A DNA stretch of 64,000 nt from Podarcis cretensis (GCA_951804945.1 OX638149.1:71486001-71550000), one strand, 5' to 3'; shown: positions 49,752 through 64,000, counted from the stretch's first letter. A program made the numbers and translations. Notes: a model not told the origin generated them from the letters alone.

Positions 49752-51163
49752 GTAAGTCACACAAGAACTTCCCTGATGAAAATCAAATATAAGGCTGAAA
49801 ATTAAATATAATGCTATAAGCATAGTGCTGCTCACTGTACAACCATTCATTAAAGCTAGTTGGGGATACTTCCAGTCATCCTGTCTCCCTTCTCATAAAA
49901 AAATAAATAAAATGGAATTGACTTCAGGTTACACTTTTACTGAGTGCTTTCACATCATTTTATAAAGTAATAAACCTGTAACACTATGCTACGTGTTATG
50001 TGTTACCCAAAGCTAGGGATTCCCAAATTGAGGTCTACAGACTGAGCTTCATTCAGGTGGTTCACAGTGTGTCTGTGAAAAACAGTTACAATTCTAATAC
50101 AGTAAAATACAATATAAAAAACAAAGCAAGCAATAAAAATACAAGTGGAAATTATACAGCCCATTCAATTGCTACAGCAGGCAGAAAAAAATATATTAAA
50201 TGGCATGCCAAGACCCCCAGCAATTTCCAAGTGGTCTGTGGGAGAAAAACTTTTGGGAAGCACTGGCCTAAGGTGTGAAACTTGCGGACTCAGCTACTCT
50301 AGTCAGTTATATCGTTGTAACGCCATTGCAAAGATGCAACACCAGTTGGTGCTGTACAGCACAAAATTTGTCTATGTGATTTTCATAGGGCTCCTCCCCC
50401 CTTTTGTTATAAAGATCTAATTTATGACTTATTTATAGCTATCCTCTGAAGTTGAAGAAGTGAAAAGGAATTGAATAGCTTCAGCACCACACATTTTTGC
50501 TTGCATGAACTGGTTCATTCTACGTAGAGGTGTGGTAATTGGGGGGGGGGACGGGGACAACTCTTATTGAGAGCACTTCCACAAGGCAGTTGTGGACTTG
50601 GTGCTGCTTACACATGCAAGTTTTGTCCAGTGTTCACGTGTCATTCTCATCAAAACATTATCCCATTTTTTTTCTATTTAATATGGATTTACTGGTTCTA
50701 CAAAAATTCTGATGTTAAAGAAAACAGGGCAAGATAGTCAATCCAGATTAAAAGAGGAAAAAATATGGAATAGCATTTGGGTGAGGACAACGTCATGAGG
50801 ATGTTGTGAAACATGTGTGCGCATGAGCTGCATTGAGCTCACAATAAATTGCCCTGTGGAAGTGCTCTGTGTCCCATTAGTGCTTTTCCAAGGGTGTTTG
50901 AATTAGATTCACCAAGAGGAAAGCAGTATGCTCTCCCAGTGTAATAGATAGATGTATTGGTCAGGGAGAAATGCACATGCTTCTCTTTTCACTTTATGTC
51001 AGTGATGTGCACTCTAGTACTATACTGGAAAGCAAAAGTGCAGAGAGCTAAATGAAACAGGGAGGAAAAGATAAATCATCGCAAAACGTATGTATGGGCA
51101 TGAGGGCACTAATGCAGTGCAAGAAGAGGGAAAATGCCACCAGGCTATTTTAAAGGATTAGAG

Positions 51164-51420
51164 CAGGGGTCAGCAACCTTTTTCAGTCGTGGGCTGGTCC
51201 ACTGTCCCTCAGACCTTGTGGGGGGCTGGACTATATTTTTTTTGGGGGGGGGGGGAAATGAATGAATTCCTGTGCCCCACAAATAACCCAGAGATGCTTT
51301 TAAAATAAAAGGACACATTCTACTCATGAAAAACACACTGATTCCTGGACCATCCGCTGGCCGGATTGAGAAGGCAATTGGGCTGCATCCAGCCCCCGGG
51401 TCTTAGGTTGCCTACCCCTG
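51164..51420 (+). mobile_element. hAT (Charlie-like) MITE
   Basis: CAGGGGTCAGCAACC...GGTTGCCTACCCCTG. Flanks GATTAGAG / GACTAGGG look like a decayed 8-bp TSD. Confidence 0.88.
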
Positions 51421-52829
51421 GACTAGGGTAATGCTCTCTGCTACAGTGGTCTGAAACCTTGCGGAGATACCACCAGTTAGCGTAGACAGTACTGAGCTAG
51501 ACGGCTCAAGAGATAAGTCATGTATTTACCAGCTGCTACTGCTGAATGGTGATGAGAATGCTGCAATGTTCTACCTTCACAAAGGCAATTAAGATTCCAT
51601 GCAGGCTGGTGACATCATTGGTTCACACCTGTGCAGCCACTGTGTTGGATTCTGGTCCCCTCATTTGTCATTACCTGGTTGCTGTTTGTGTGGGAATGCT
51701 TCACAAAATTCTTTTTGTTATACTTGTGTATTCTTCACAATACACTCTAGGTTGCAAAGAGCCAACAATTGTTTCATAAATTCCTCATAAATAATCTCAT
51801 TATTGCTGGTGTCTTTGCAGATCAGTGATGAAAGTCTATACAGGACATTGTTAATAGCATATTTAACCCAGTAGAGAAGCTCTGTTACATGATGACAGAG
51901 AACCATAACAGAAATTTCAGAGATCATTATTATTATAGTGTGAAGTCTACAATTCCCACCAAGCATGACAGCACATTTGATTTTGCTAAATCCTTTGTGC
52001 ACAATGCCCAACAAGATAAATCCTTATACATGACTCATGTCTTTTCAACGTGAAGTTTATGTTGGCTTACATTCATGGGGGGGAAATACTTAGTAGCAGG
52101 ATGAAGGAGCTGAGAGTTTATTCTTTACATTGTAGCCATAGTTAAAACCGTTTTGTACAAGGGGATAGTTGATAATTGGCTGATGTGATGCGGAAAGTAT
52201 GTACTTCCTCCTCACTCCATGCCCCCTACCCCAGCTTTATCATCCAGACCTTTGTGCTCTGCAGTTTGTCACATGAAGCTCACTCCCTGCAATCAAGCCA
52301 GCATACCAATTCATGTGAGACCACTTCAGCCTGCCCTGCAAGCATTCAGTTTTGCTCAAAATCATTTACTGAGGGAATCTTAGCATAGGGCTGGTTAAAC
52401 TCCAGCAATGTTTCCGCTGGTGGTTGTATCAGGGCTTGTCCTCACTGGACTTTATCATGAGTTTGAGGCTGTTTGAGTCCAGAATTTATAGGTGTTGTTC
52501 ACATGACGTTGCCCTCAACTGGAACCCATCCCGCATATTTTGTTGAGTGAATTTGGATGCCCCCAATCCCCAGGCCATCCAAAAAGCAAAGCAAAATGCA
52601 GAGCAAATCTGCTGCTGTCTGACTGCCAGATGGGCTGCTGCTGTTTGCATTCTGTTTGGTTAAGGTGGCATGGAATGGGTGTGTGAACGCAGATGTTTCC
52701 TTGTTTGCAGAATGGAAGGAGGACTTTTTTCTACTTCCCCGCTTCCAGCCACTCAGTGAAGATTGGGGAAAAGACCTGATTAAGAATATTAAGGCTGAGT
52801 GGGGATGAGGAGTTTTTGACAGCATAGAG

Positions 52830-53125
52830 CAGGGGTCAGCAACCTAAGGCCCATGGGCCACAAGCGGCCCGTGGGGGTCGTTTAACCGGCCCATGGACCC
52901 CCGCCACCTGCTCAGTTGGCTCCCGTGCGCCACACTAAACCGGCACGGAGCAGAGCGGGGACCGCCTTCTGTGATGCTGGCCAGCTTCCCATTGGCTGCA
53001 GGAAGTTCCTTCAGCCAATGGGAAGCTGTGCACGCCTCCTCCACGCCAGATGGAGCGCCGGAAATAGTGTTCGCGCGTGTGTGCACTCCAGCCCACCGCG
53101 GCGTCTGCGGGACCATGAACTAGCC
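52830..53125 (+). mobile_element. hAT-type element, left part (CpG rich)
   Basis: Starts CAGGGGTCAGCAACCTAAGGCCC and contains an internal palindrome cagcttcccattggctg...cagccaatgggaagctg. Confidence 0.65.
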
Positions 53126-53534
53126 CAAAAACTGGCATAGAGGTTTGTTTGTGGAGCCACCGTTGGAGCTCCAAATGCCCACACAAGCAGTTTGGGTCTC
53201 TTAGGACATCAAAATGGCTGTTCAGTTTGTGAAACAATGGATTGAATTTAGGATTATGACCTTTTTGTATAACTGCCCTAAGTCTCAGTATAATGTAGCC
53301 AGGATCTTCAAGACCTTGGCCCTGCCAACACCTGGTATCCATACCCAGTATACAGTGACAATGGCCATAGCTTCTCCCCTGCCTGTATTGCATTTTTCAT
53401 ATATTCCCTGTTTCGTAAAAATCAAATGAACAAAAATCCTTAGAAAAACATATTGGCAGGGGATGTGCAACTTTTTCAAAAAATTTTTTTTATTGTGCTA
53501 GCTGAAGTCCATGGCAACATCCAAAGAAGGAAGA

Positions 53535-53537
53535 TGA

Positions 53538-53571
<34 letters not shown>
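53535..53571. repeat. (GAAA)n microsatellite
   Basis: Tandem units read directly. Confidence 0.9.
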
Positions 53572-53573
<2 letters not shown>

Positions 53574-55759
53574 GCAGTTGTTACATACACTATATGCAGT
53601 AAAACCATGGTCAACTCCACCAAAATTTCTTATTACACAAAATAAAACATAATTCTCGGATAAAATATGCAAATTAGATCTTAGAGTCCCCTTTGCAATT
53701 CACTGCTGGATGCAAAATTTGTAATCCACCAAGTGGAATGCAGCCCACCAACCATGTTCATCAGGTCACCAGCAGCATGATAAAACTACCTGTTTTGCCC
53801 ATCTAGGGTTGTAGAAATAGTGAACTTGGTAAGCACTTAGGAGACCATGTGGCTGGCAGGCTGTAATGTGCAGATGTTGCCTGTCCAGATTATTGTGACT
53901 ATTCAGCAAGGGAATAATTTAACTGCAACAAAACTCAGAAGTAGAGCCCTAATCAACAACACCCAGGATGATGAAGTGGCCTACAACACGTGCTTGCATT
54001 ATATCCTGGGACATATCGCATGACAATTAGTTGCTCTTAAAAATCCTTTTGTGTTGTGAAATATTCAGCTTTTGTTTCCTCTCCCACCCCGTATCTGAAA
54101 CATTATCCATTAAATATCCCCCAGTATCCTAGTTTCCTGTAAATGCCGTTCCATCATCTTCTGCTGTGGTTTTCTCCTAATCTGTGCATTCAGTTCTTTG
54201 ACTTTGAATATCACCATTGTCCCTGAATGCATGTGTTAGCATATTCTGTAACTTGGGGACTTTTCTCACGGTTACAGCTATTCACTCAGCATTTTTTAAC
54301 TGACATTTTTTCTTTCATGGGTAGCAACAATGACTCATGCTCTTATTTTGATATTTTCAAGGGGAAGCATTTTTTTTAACAAAATATGTATGGCATGTCA
54401 TTTTTACAATTTGAGTACAGAAAGAAACAACAATGGGTCTCATGCTTCTAATCTGGTGTCCCATGGGACCAGAATTAGAAGTTAGACCTACAGTATGTCT
54501 GCCTTAAGTTGAAACTGGACATAACTTCAGGGCACTGAACTGATGCTGACCATCTTACCATGGTTTTAAGTGGCTTGCGGATTATAGATCGCCTGAGCTG
54601 GCATCCCCTTTGGACTACAGTTGTAAACAAATTCTTGCTCATTGCAAGGCCTTGAATTTTCATGTGAAAGACCCATACTTGAAGACCAATTGCATCCCTG
54701 GTGAGCCTACTTGGAAACCGCTTGTTTTCAACTGCAGTTCAAAATGTACTTGTGGTGAAGAAGCAGTGGGAGCAGTTCATCATAACCATAGACCATGATT
54801 TTATATCCCATCATTCAGCCCACTTTAGGAAGGCCTTTGGTGGTTTGCAAAATGGCAATTGGCATATAATGACCTGCTGAGAAGAGCCCTAGTTCAGCTT
54901 TTGGTGAGGACCCAAATTGAAAAAGTGGCCTGACAGTGAGTTGTAATGCACGCTGGCAGTTCAGGCTCCAACCACATCTCAGTTTGCGCATATAAATTGC
55001 ACCACATCTGGGCTAGATGTTTATTCCATGACTATGCCAGCATGAGGCACCTGTAACACACACACACACACACACCCTTCTTAACTGCCCCATGACTTCT
55101 ATGCTTACAATATAAACAACCAAGTATAGCTAAGTATCATGATAAGTTAAATTGTCCAAGTTAATGGAGTTTCAAATGTCTCCAGTTTTATACACTACAA
55201 AAAGATCTTTGTTCTCCATTCAAAAAGACATTCAGTCCAGGTACTCACTACGAGATATGCTAAAGAGGCATACAAGCATACAAAGTTACAATTCAGCCTA
55301 CCAGCCCTGTTTTTTTAATGATATGTGTAAAAGATGCTAATGCAGCAAGGTTATTTCCATAATCAACCAATAAGTAAAAGGAGAGGACTCTGCAGTTGAT
55401 GACAATATTGGCTGGAGAACTGTTGCCAGGCTGTCTGTCTGGGTGGCACAATCAACATAAAGGAATGTGCAAAACCTGTACAACAGAGTACCCTTTTCTT
55501 TTCTTGCTACTTTTTGGTTTAGTACTAAGTACTAGGCTAACCAGTTTGGAAGGCTCCCAGGCAGATGTGCCCAAAAAGCACAAATCTTGGATCTGTACAA
55601 AACCATCTGCAAAGCTACTCAGATCTGAATATTCAAATCTAGCTAACCTCTTTTCTTATCAAACCAAAAACAAAGAAAGCAACAGCATATCTTCTGGCAA
55701 ATTAAAGGCTCTCATATCTATTGTGTCAAACCTTTCATGAACCAAAATCCATTTCTCCA

Positions 55760-55870
55760 TTCATAAGCTCCAGCCTACAACAATTGATGCTGCAATAAAT
55801 CGGTTGATCTTTAAGATGTAAATCTTTGTTCATTTTGTTGCAGTCGACTAATGCAACTACTCCTCTGGAA
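55760..55870 (+). mobile_element. Old decayed Penelope-like pseudo-LTR remnant
   Basis: atgctgcaataaat...tctttaagatg...ttttgttgcagtcgactaatgcaactactcctctggaa parallels the end of the element at 5360-5456. Confidence 0.45.
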
Positions 55871-56719
55871 GTAAAAAAAGAAAAGAAAAAAAGTTGTTAT
55901 GCATGTATAAAACTGCCTTTGATCACATGTTTGCTACCCAGTTGTCTCGCAGTGGCTCTGTGCATTGGACAATTCATGGGCGAGGGGCGGGGGGGAATCT
56001 AGTGAAGTGGCCCAAAGCAAAAAGTTCCCAAGCGTGGGAATTGCCCATGAGAGAGAGGATGTTGTTTCTGATTTACATCACAGCCCTGCCTTCAAGAGGA
56101 GGGCAGGTTACAAAAGGGCATTCTATAGAAAGCAAGGAGTATGTGCTGAACACTAAGGAATGTTTGTGTTCCTGCTTTTAGATTAACATGGTTCTCACTT
56201 TAGTTCCATTTGCTTATTGACTTGACCAGTTACACTTGAAACTTCCACAGTCATTAAAAGCTTAGTTAAAGGATTATGCCTGGAAGCCTGTGAGGCATGC
56301 TCCACATTTTCTTTTCCTGAATCAGATGGTGGTGTTTTGTTTGTTTTTAAATCAAATACACTATTCAGCAAGATAAGAGTCAAGGCTAGCACATCACATG
56401 TTGGATAACAGTACTAGGAGGGAAATGTTTGCTAAGAAGGCAGCATTAATCTTTGTGTAGGTAGGCAAGGTCATGAAAGTCAGTTGCCTTCACCCGGAGC
56501 CCTGTGTGGTACCAAATTCATTTCAGTAGAGACGGATCTGCCTTTTTTACTAAAGCATAGTAGGAAAATCCATTGGGCAAGGGTGTTCTCAGGTTATTGA
56601 GGGATTGCTAGATCTTACATTATATTTATTTGTTGTATTTATTTTCCCCAAGGGACTCAAAGTGGTGTGTATGGATTTCCCCCTCCCCATTCCATCCTCG
56701 CAACAAGACTGTTTTTGTT

Positions 56720-57245
56720 AAGAATATTCATCTACTACTTGTCAGTTCAAAACTGAACCACTCAGGGTGCTTAAAACATGTAACAAGGCTCAGAAGAACA
56801 AATTGAGAAGCTAACAAATGAGCAGGAGGAAAAAAAGAGCAAAACCAAAGGCTTGGGAAAGAAGAGGCCTGGCAAAATTAACAAAACGTGTAGGCCAAAG
56901 GCTGCCTAAACATAAATGTTTTCAGCAGGTGTTGAAATGCTACTGGAGAAGGAACCAAGTGGGTTCCCCAAAGCAGAGAATTCCAGAAAGTGGGTGTCAC
57001 TGCTGAGAAAGTCCTCACATGTGTCCCAGCCAGGTGTGCTTGGAATGGGAGTTGAGCACGCAAGAGCGCCTCTCCTGGTAACCTGATTCCAGGTTTAAAG
57101 GGCTTTAAAGCCAATAGCCGGCACTTTGGATTGTGTCTAGAAACAGACAGGCTGCCACTGCAGCTGAGGTAATAAAGGAGTCACATGCTCTACCAACTGC
57201 ACTTTGAGTTACCCGCAGATAGAGCGTCTTACAGTAGTGTAGTCA
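56720..57245 (-). mobile_element. Decayed L2 LINE 3' fragment
   Basis: ORF 56878 contains ALKPFKP...RTFSAVTPTFWNSL...FQHLLKTFMFRQ, similar to the L2 ORF2 C-terminus. Confidence 0.7.
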
Positions 57246-59725
57246 GGCCTGTGGAGAGACAGGCCCATGCCAGAGGGTGGGGGGAGACAGGTACACTTGC
57301 CCCAGGCCTTGGAGGGCTAAGCTGGCTGGGGGTCCCTGCCAGGGACTGGCTGCTTTTTTGTTTGAGTTTATAACGTTATTCTAACAAGACTTCCACCTCA
57401 GGCCTCACAGCGAGCTTGTGTACAGAGACCAAGTCTGTCTTCTCCCAAAACAAGAGCAGTTGATAAACCTGCCAGAGCTGGGCAAAAGCACTCTTGGACA
57501 ACACCTGGGAATGCAGGAACAGGAGTACCCTCAAACCATGTCCCTGCTCTGCCAAGAGAAGTGCAACCTCATTCTACCCAGGCTTAACCTCTACTACCAC
57601 TGAGCTAAGAGTCCACCCATCCTGACCAAGAGCTGGATCAAATGTCATTTTATCATTGCTAGATAACTAGTTGCTGGCATCTGTGCTGGAAACTGCACAA
57701 GATTCTGACAGGGCATTTCCCATCAGGAACTAGTAATAGTAGCTGTCTTCCCCACTACATTTCTCCACTGATTTCCCTTAAATACATTGGATCAGCACAG
57801 TTCTTATCTGGTTCATGAGCGCATGGCACACCAGTGCCTTTGTGGTCTGAAAAAGCACTATGGTTGCTGGAGAAATCTGACATATGTGCCCCTAAGAGTT
57901 CTACTGTGACATTGCATAGTTTACAACCTAGCACACAGAAGCTTCTCTCCTGTCGGCACATAGCTCCAGTTGCTATTGCTGAGCAAATGGTTTTGTGTGG
58001 TCTTTTAGATCGTTTTTTTGCTTAGAGAGTTGGCAAAGGAGTCTTCAAACAGAAGTTTGATGCCATCTAGGGTCTTGAAAAGGCCTTGCATGTCAATAAA
58101 TAAATGGTTAATTGACCACACAGCATTTTCATGTAAAAACTTGTTTAGTGAATTCATAACTCTCTGAAATGAAAAGTATTCTTGTGGAAGAAAGCTTTGT
58201 GAGGGACTTTCTTCACAAACCTAAGGTGACAACACACTTGGAATTCAATCCAGACCATGACATTTGAGCTAACCTTCATCACAGTTAAAACTTGTTCAAG
58301 CATATTTGCTTAAACAAGTTTTAACTGTGACTAAAAATTATCGTAAGTTGCTCAGATCTTGGCATGAGTGTTGCCGTCTTAACTTCGGGAAGAAAAAATC
58401 CCCACCCTCACCTCTGCACAAAGCACCACAAGTTAAAGTGGCGGTTCTTGAAATAAAAGCCCTTTCCTTTTTTTGTTATCCTAAAGCAGATTGGACAAAA
58501 AAAGCTATTTTATTGTAGCCTTCCAGAAGAAGACTGTACTGGGAAGGCACTCTGGGTAAAAGCATGTTGTTAGCAGGGGATTTCCAAAGAATGTGATAGC
58601 AAAGCATAGCAGCGAGGGCTTTTTTGAGTGCACAGAGGTTTCTGAAGTGCCTTTCATTGGAAAGTGCTCTGAAGATGGAGCATATCCTGCAGATGGAAGA
58701 ACTTGAGAACAAATGAAACTGCCCTCAAAGTCAAGGGCAGCAGGAACTGTGGCTTTCCAGTTCTCAGACTGTGCTGTGCTGGTCAAGGACAAGGCGTTCT
58801 TCCATTGCTTACAGATGGTGTGAAAAATGTAAGCAGGGATATACAGCATATGGGTTTGTATGAGGAGGAGGCTAGTTGGAGGATAGCAAACACTTCTTTG
58901 CACTTTTAGTTTAAGATCGACAGGCAATTCATGTATTAAGATGTATGGACTGCTCCACTTCTGGAAGCACACACATCTCATTCTGGGGAGATGTGCAATT
59001 TCTCCATCTACATGTTATACTGGAAGTGAGGTTCATGCTTCTTTCCCCCTCATTTATGGGTAACATGTCCAATGCTTTCTTCACTCCCAAACAACAACAA
59101 AATCCTATCAAGACTAGACAAAAAATCCTATCACGGCTATCAGCTTAGTGACTGATTTAACCTAGTCGGGATACTAATCAGTGTTAACTTTGAAAGCTTC
59201 AGACTATTTCCGTTAAACTCTGGCAAGGTTTATACCAGGTGGGCTTCCATAAACTGGTGACTGGTGATTACTTTTGACTAAGCAGGAAAGATTGGATTCG
59301 GATAATGTGCAAAGTCATCCTGAAGACCATTTTGTGGTGCGTGAATGTAGGGTGTTCTCTTTTCTTTGAGTGTGCTTCCAGACAACTGGTTTATTGAGTG
59401 TTCATCCAGACTTGTTTGCAGGGAGTTTCAGTTACACTAGCTATTTAATGAGCACTCATTCTGATTTGTTTGTGGGGAGGTTAGATGACATTGCACAAAA
59501 GCAAATGTTATCCCATATTTTCCAGTGCATTTTCTTGTCCCTTTCCTTATAGTAGAAAGTCACATCTTTTGGGGAAGTGTACAACCTGAATTTGCTGGTA
59601 TGTGATTTAACCCCGTCTGAATATAGTGACAAACTAGAAGTGTCCCGACTTTTATTAAGAAGCAAGCAGAAAGTTTTGTTTGTTTGTTAAAGCACATGCT
59701 AATGTCCATTCTGTTTTGTCCTCAG

Positions 59726-59903
59726 CACCTTGTCCAGCTGCTCTCATGCGGTGGTGGCTTTGCTGTACCCCTTCTCCTGGCAACACACATTCATTCCAGT
59801 CCTGCCTTCTTCCATGATTGACATTGTCTGCTGCCCTACTCCATTTCTGGTTGGATTGCTTTCCAACTCACTGCCTAAATTAAAGGAGCTACCAGTAGAA
59901 GAG
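59726..59903 (+). CDS. DENND2B: DENND2B exon (178 nt): TLSSCSHAVVALLYPFSWQHTFIPVLP...CPTPFLVGLL...LPVEE
   Basis: Acceptor ttttgtcctcag| and donor GAG|gtagga. Contains the cDENN YPF-x-WQH-x-FIPVLP and PTPF motifs. Confidence 0.96.
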
Positions 59904-62134
59904 GTAGGAATGGAGTCTATAGTTCATTGTAAGTGAAATTCCCAGGAAAGAACTCTGCAATAGATTTAACAAACCTTTGTGCTTCAATCCTTACTTGCAA
60001 CTGATGGGAGACAATGCCATTACCTTTCTGAAAGGTTTCCTCCTCATTGATGTGCAAGCTGTACTGCAGGGGTGGGGAACCATTTTCAGCCCATGGACCA
60101 TATTCCCTTCTGGACAACCTTCTGAGGGCCACATGCCAGGGCTATGTAGGGCCAGAGGCAAAAGTGTGCCAAGCAGTGAATCTCACTTTTTCTAGGTTTC
60201 CACATACACCACGCTATCCAGGTAAGCAAAAGACAAGATGACAAGATGAGAGTTCAAGGCTACATTCTAGGCAGGCAAAAACACTCATTGGGGTGCAAAG
60301 CAGGGCTGGTAGGGGGGATTGGCCTGGGAACAGGGTGGTGCTACAGAGGCCAGATAGAGAGGCATAGAGGACACATTTGGCTATTGAGCTTGAGGTTCCC
60401 CAATGCTGCTAGAGTGAGCATGACACTGAAATGCCAATTTTGGGATAGGTGATCTGAATTGCAACTCATTGATTTTGATAAGCTTATATTCTTACATCCT
60501 TATGAGGTGGATGCACTCATTTTTTAATTGTATTTCTGCCTGTAACACCTGCAAAAATGGACTATGGTAGAGAAACAGACCATTTTAAAAGAAGCAAGTT
60601 TGTCCAGGACAGATGTAGAATCTTAGTTCTATTTGGGCATTCTGCTCATATGCAAACCCTACAATTCAAGCAGTTGAGCATTCTAAGCTGTGCCATTGTG
60701 TCACTATTCCCGTCGTCTTCCAACTCATGAAGGATGGTCCTGTAGAGCAAGGGACCTCCTCTACTCATGGAAGCTCTTTGCACAATTCAGAATCTTCCAC
60801 TTCACATAGTTGTACTCCCTGAGTTGGAAAGCGATGGGTGTAGCCCTCTCATTTCTGCTCACCTTGCTCCCATGTGAGTTTTACATATGAGGAGCACGCC
60901 TGAATCGAACTCTTATGACATATCTGGGTATTTTCTACCAAATGCATGGGAGTGGAGAAGCAACTATCAATACATAGGCTCTTACCAATTACCATATCAT
61001 GATTATTAAAATTGAGTGGTAAGTTTACACAGACCATTCTAGGAAGGTATATTGGCAGCTTGTTGCTTAGGGAGCAATGTGGTCGAAGTGCTGTTGCCCA
61101 CAACTATTCTGTTCTGAGCTGAATTCTGAGTTTATTCATTCTCCTTTACATACTTTCATCCATCATGAAATTAGATCAATGTGAGAACTAATTTCCTGTG
61201 GTGCAAACATGAGAGCAGAGGATGAGGAAGATACTACATTGGTAATTGGGATCAGTCCAGAAAATATTAAGGACAACTGCATACCTGACGGTGTCATTGT
61301 TCTATTTCCATGGGTCGTGAAAGCAGGGGAAGAGGTGTTTTGATAGGGCTGATTCTGAGCCACTATTTGTGACATGTGCAAAGCAGGTTTCTTTGTTTCT
61401 TCTTCGTCGTCTTCTCCTCCTCTCAAATTTCTTATTATATTGCTGTTTATATATACAAGGGTAGCTTCATTCAGTATCAGAGAGTCATAAGAATTGCTTA
61501 TGAGTGTCTGGATCTGTTACTGTTCTGGTAATGTCTGAGTAAACGGAATGACATGGTGTCTTCCCATATAATAGGAACATAGGAAGGCCCATGTCATAGG
61601 AACTGAGGAAGCTGCCTTATACTGAGTCAGACCATTGGTCCATATAGCTCAAGAGTTGGCCCATCCACCTGTCAAAGTTGGCTCACAAGGCTGATTGATC
61701 CTAATAAGGATCTGGCATTTGGAGCCAAAAATGTTCCCCACCCCTGGTTTATATGAATACCTTCTCAGATACTAGTGGAACTGTGTCTTCTTGAATAAAG
61801 GAAGGATCAAACAATCCCCATCAGCCCCAGTCAGTGTGCCAAATCATCAGGGATCATGAGAGTTTTAGTCCATAGCATATGGAGGGCACAATGCTGATGT
61901 AAGACGCTCAGCTTAATTCTCATAGGAGTGGATGTTCAGTACACTACACACACCACAAGCTTGGGTTCCTGCTTTATACATTATTGGTGCATACCAAACA
62001 CTCTGAAGCCACTGGATGGCACTAGAAGTTCAATTTGGTGGTCAAACTTGTATTTAGATCTCCCCTTTCTTGTAAAGACAATAACATGTCTCCAGGCACC
62101 ATGATAAAACTTTTCTCTGTTGATTACCTTTTAG

Positions 62135-62176
62135 GCTTTGATGGTGAACCTTGGATCTGATCGTTTCATCAGACAG
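62135..62176 (+). CDS. DENND2B: DENND2B small exon (42 nt): ALMVNLGSDRFIRQ
   Basis: Acceptor ccttttag| and donor CAG|gtactg; phase 0-0. Confidence 0.94.
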
Positions 62177-62672
62177 GTACTGTGTGTTTTTTATGTGTGT
62201 TGAAATATGCAAAACAACTTCATAGCCCATTAGAAAAACATAAATAGAGTTAACAGGCCGAGTTGTGAGGTTGTCCCATCAGTTAAGAATGAGAAAACAT
62301 GGTGGGTGTGTCAACCTCACAATAAACAATAAACCTTCACCCAAAGGTCCCAGGGCAGAGATATACACAATCTAAGCCAAAATGAATCAATAACATTCAA
62401 ATAGCATAAAACAAAATAAAAACTTCAATTACAAATAGAACAACCAACAACATAAATTCACATGTTCAATACACCTCATCTCTCCTCAAAAACCTGGGCA
62501 AGGTGCTGCAACATCACTGCCAAATCTGGCTTTGCCCTGCTTTCTCTTCTCACAGTGTAAGAGTTTAATGCTTTATTTACAACATGGTGTGAAATATCAG
62601 ATATGTTTCTCAGTTCTAAATCTTGAAAAAGTTTGATTGGAAATAAGCCTGCTCATTGTTTTCCTCCTTCAG

Positions 62673-62784
62673 ATGGATGATGAAGACACACTTTTGCCTA
62701 GGAAATTGCAAGCAGCTCTGGAGCAGGCTCTAGAGAGGAAGAGTGATTTAATAAACCAAGATTCAGACAGCGAATCAGATGAGG
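62673..62784 (+). CDS. DENND2B: DENND2B exon (112 nt): MDDEDTLLPRKLQAALEQALERKSDLINQDSDSESDE
   Basis: Acceptor ttcctccttcag| and donor G|gtaaga; phase 0 to 1. Lies inside ORF 62637. Confidence 0.95.
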
Positions 62785-64000
62785 GTAAGAGAGGCTGGGA
62801 ACAAGTCCTGTTTACAGTCGAATCTTTGTGGGATGGGGAATAATATGTTCTTGGAAGCTAAAGAGGGAAACAAGAATGTTGTATGTAAACTGATCAGCGA
62901 ACTACAAAAATATATATTTTTCAACATTTAAAGGGTACTTCACAACACACCATTACATTCTCACGCTGAATGTAACTGACCTGTAGAAAGGACTCTATGA
63001 ATTGAAAACAGAGACGTTTTATGTACCACTGTTAACTATGAAAATCCTTTAAGAAAAACAACTTCAAAAAATGTACTTCACAACAGTAAACCATTCAGTA
63101 TTTAACGATGGCACACATTTTTTTCCACAACACTGTCACGCATTGCTAACCGTTTAATTGACTATAGCCAGCTATTCTGGAGAGTGACTTCCATGACTGT
63201 TTTTCCTTTCTTTTTTTTTGGTTCACTTATTGTGTTTGTAAGAATTTAATTACAAGCTTGGATGCTGTGCTATTCCCAATGGAAGCGAAACAGGAGCCAC
63301 AGTTGGTTCAGAGCAGCTTGCTGTGTTGATCTGAGTCATTGTGACTTCCCTCGGAAAACAACTGATGCATCTGTGTTGAAGTGTTTGGTAGCCCTTAAAG
63401 AGACTTTAGAACTATTTTAATATTTCTTAGGTTCTGAATGGCTGAGTTCCACATGCTTGGCTTTGCAGAGCTCGATACTCATTTTGATTTGTTACATGAA
63501 TGTCCGTGGGATTGTGCTACATGCATCCTTGCAAAAGTGCCCTGTCATTTAGCCTTTTTTTTTTTAAGGATACAAATGGCTTTTTAATCAATTTAATAAT
63601 ACTAGTTATCCTATGACTAGGGAAAGGGAAGAAAAGGTCTCTTACTTGTTTATTTACAAATTAAAGGGAGGAATTTAAATCAACTTAAAGTGTCCACGTT
63701 ACAAGACAAGAGACATTCCAGTCAATTGGCTGACCTAGCCACATGAGATGGGCAGATATTGATCTGAGCCTTTGGGGGGGGGATCAGTTTATAGAAACTT
63801 GGCAGGAGCCTCTTGGTGTGCTTTGTACTTACTGGAGTCTGAGAGTGGCAACAATTCTGCCTTTGCTGCTGGCTGCTCCTTTCATACTAATGTTTGACCA
63901 TTCCTTCACAGTTTCTTTCTTAGTTAAACAAAATAGTTTCTCCATGAGATTCAAAGGCATCCTCATTAAAGGGAAAAGGATCTTGCAAAGGCTGTTTGGA

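Larger units (their letters stand above)
8315..62784 (+). other. DENND2B: DENND2B/ST5 gene span (internal part: 15 coding exons; 5' and 3' ends outside the window)
   Basis: The 15 GT-AG exons splice in compatible phases to 2930 nt with no stop codon. The translation matches human ST5 as I recall it (SEKTFDxKGxRRMSRTFSECSYPETEEE, ENAYEDIVG, uDENN/cDENN motifs). Confidence 0.96.

Overview
This is eukaryotic DNA from a squamate, most likely a lacertid lizard, judging by Sauria SINEs, Bov-B, Penelope-like, CR1/L2 and hAT/Tc1-mariner MITE families. The whole window lies inside one + strand gene, DENND2B (ST5), a DENN-domain Rab GEF. I traced 15 consecutive coding exons (8315-62784, 2930 nt). All have GT-AG boundaries and matching phases, and together they give one uninterrupted frame resembling human ST5 from 'RSQSVSPPP' to 'DSDSDD'. 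The start-codon exon and the last exons lie outside the window. The rest is intron filled with transposable elements, microsatellites and a 372-N gap. Repeat family names are from memory of consensus sequences, not from a database search. I found no new multi-gene system. The most unusual items are: (1) a young Penelope-like insertion forming a perfect 78-bp inverted repeat with two divergent minimal hammerhead-ribozyme cores; (2) a CR1 LINE whose 3' tail appears to supply the branch point and pyrimidine tract of a coding exon; (3) a free-standing 30-bp-stem hairpin of pre-miRNA size; (4) a ~1.4-kb antisense 'half-L1'-like element with an intact CpG-rich 5' end; and (5) a candidate internal first exon for a short isoform.
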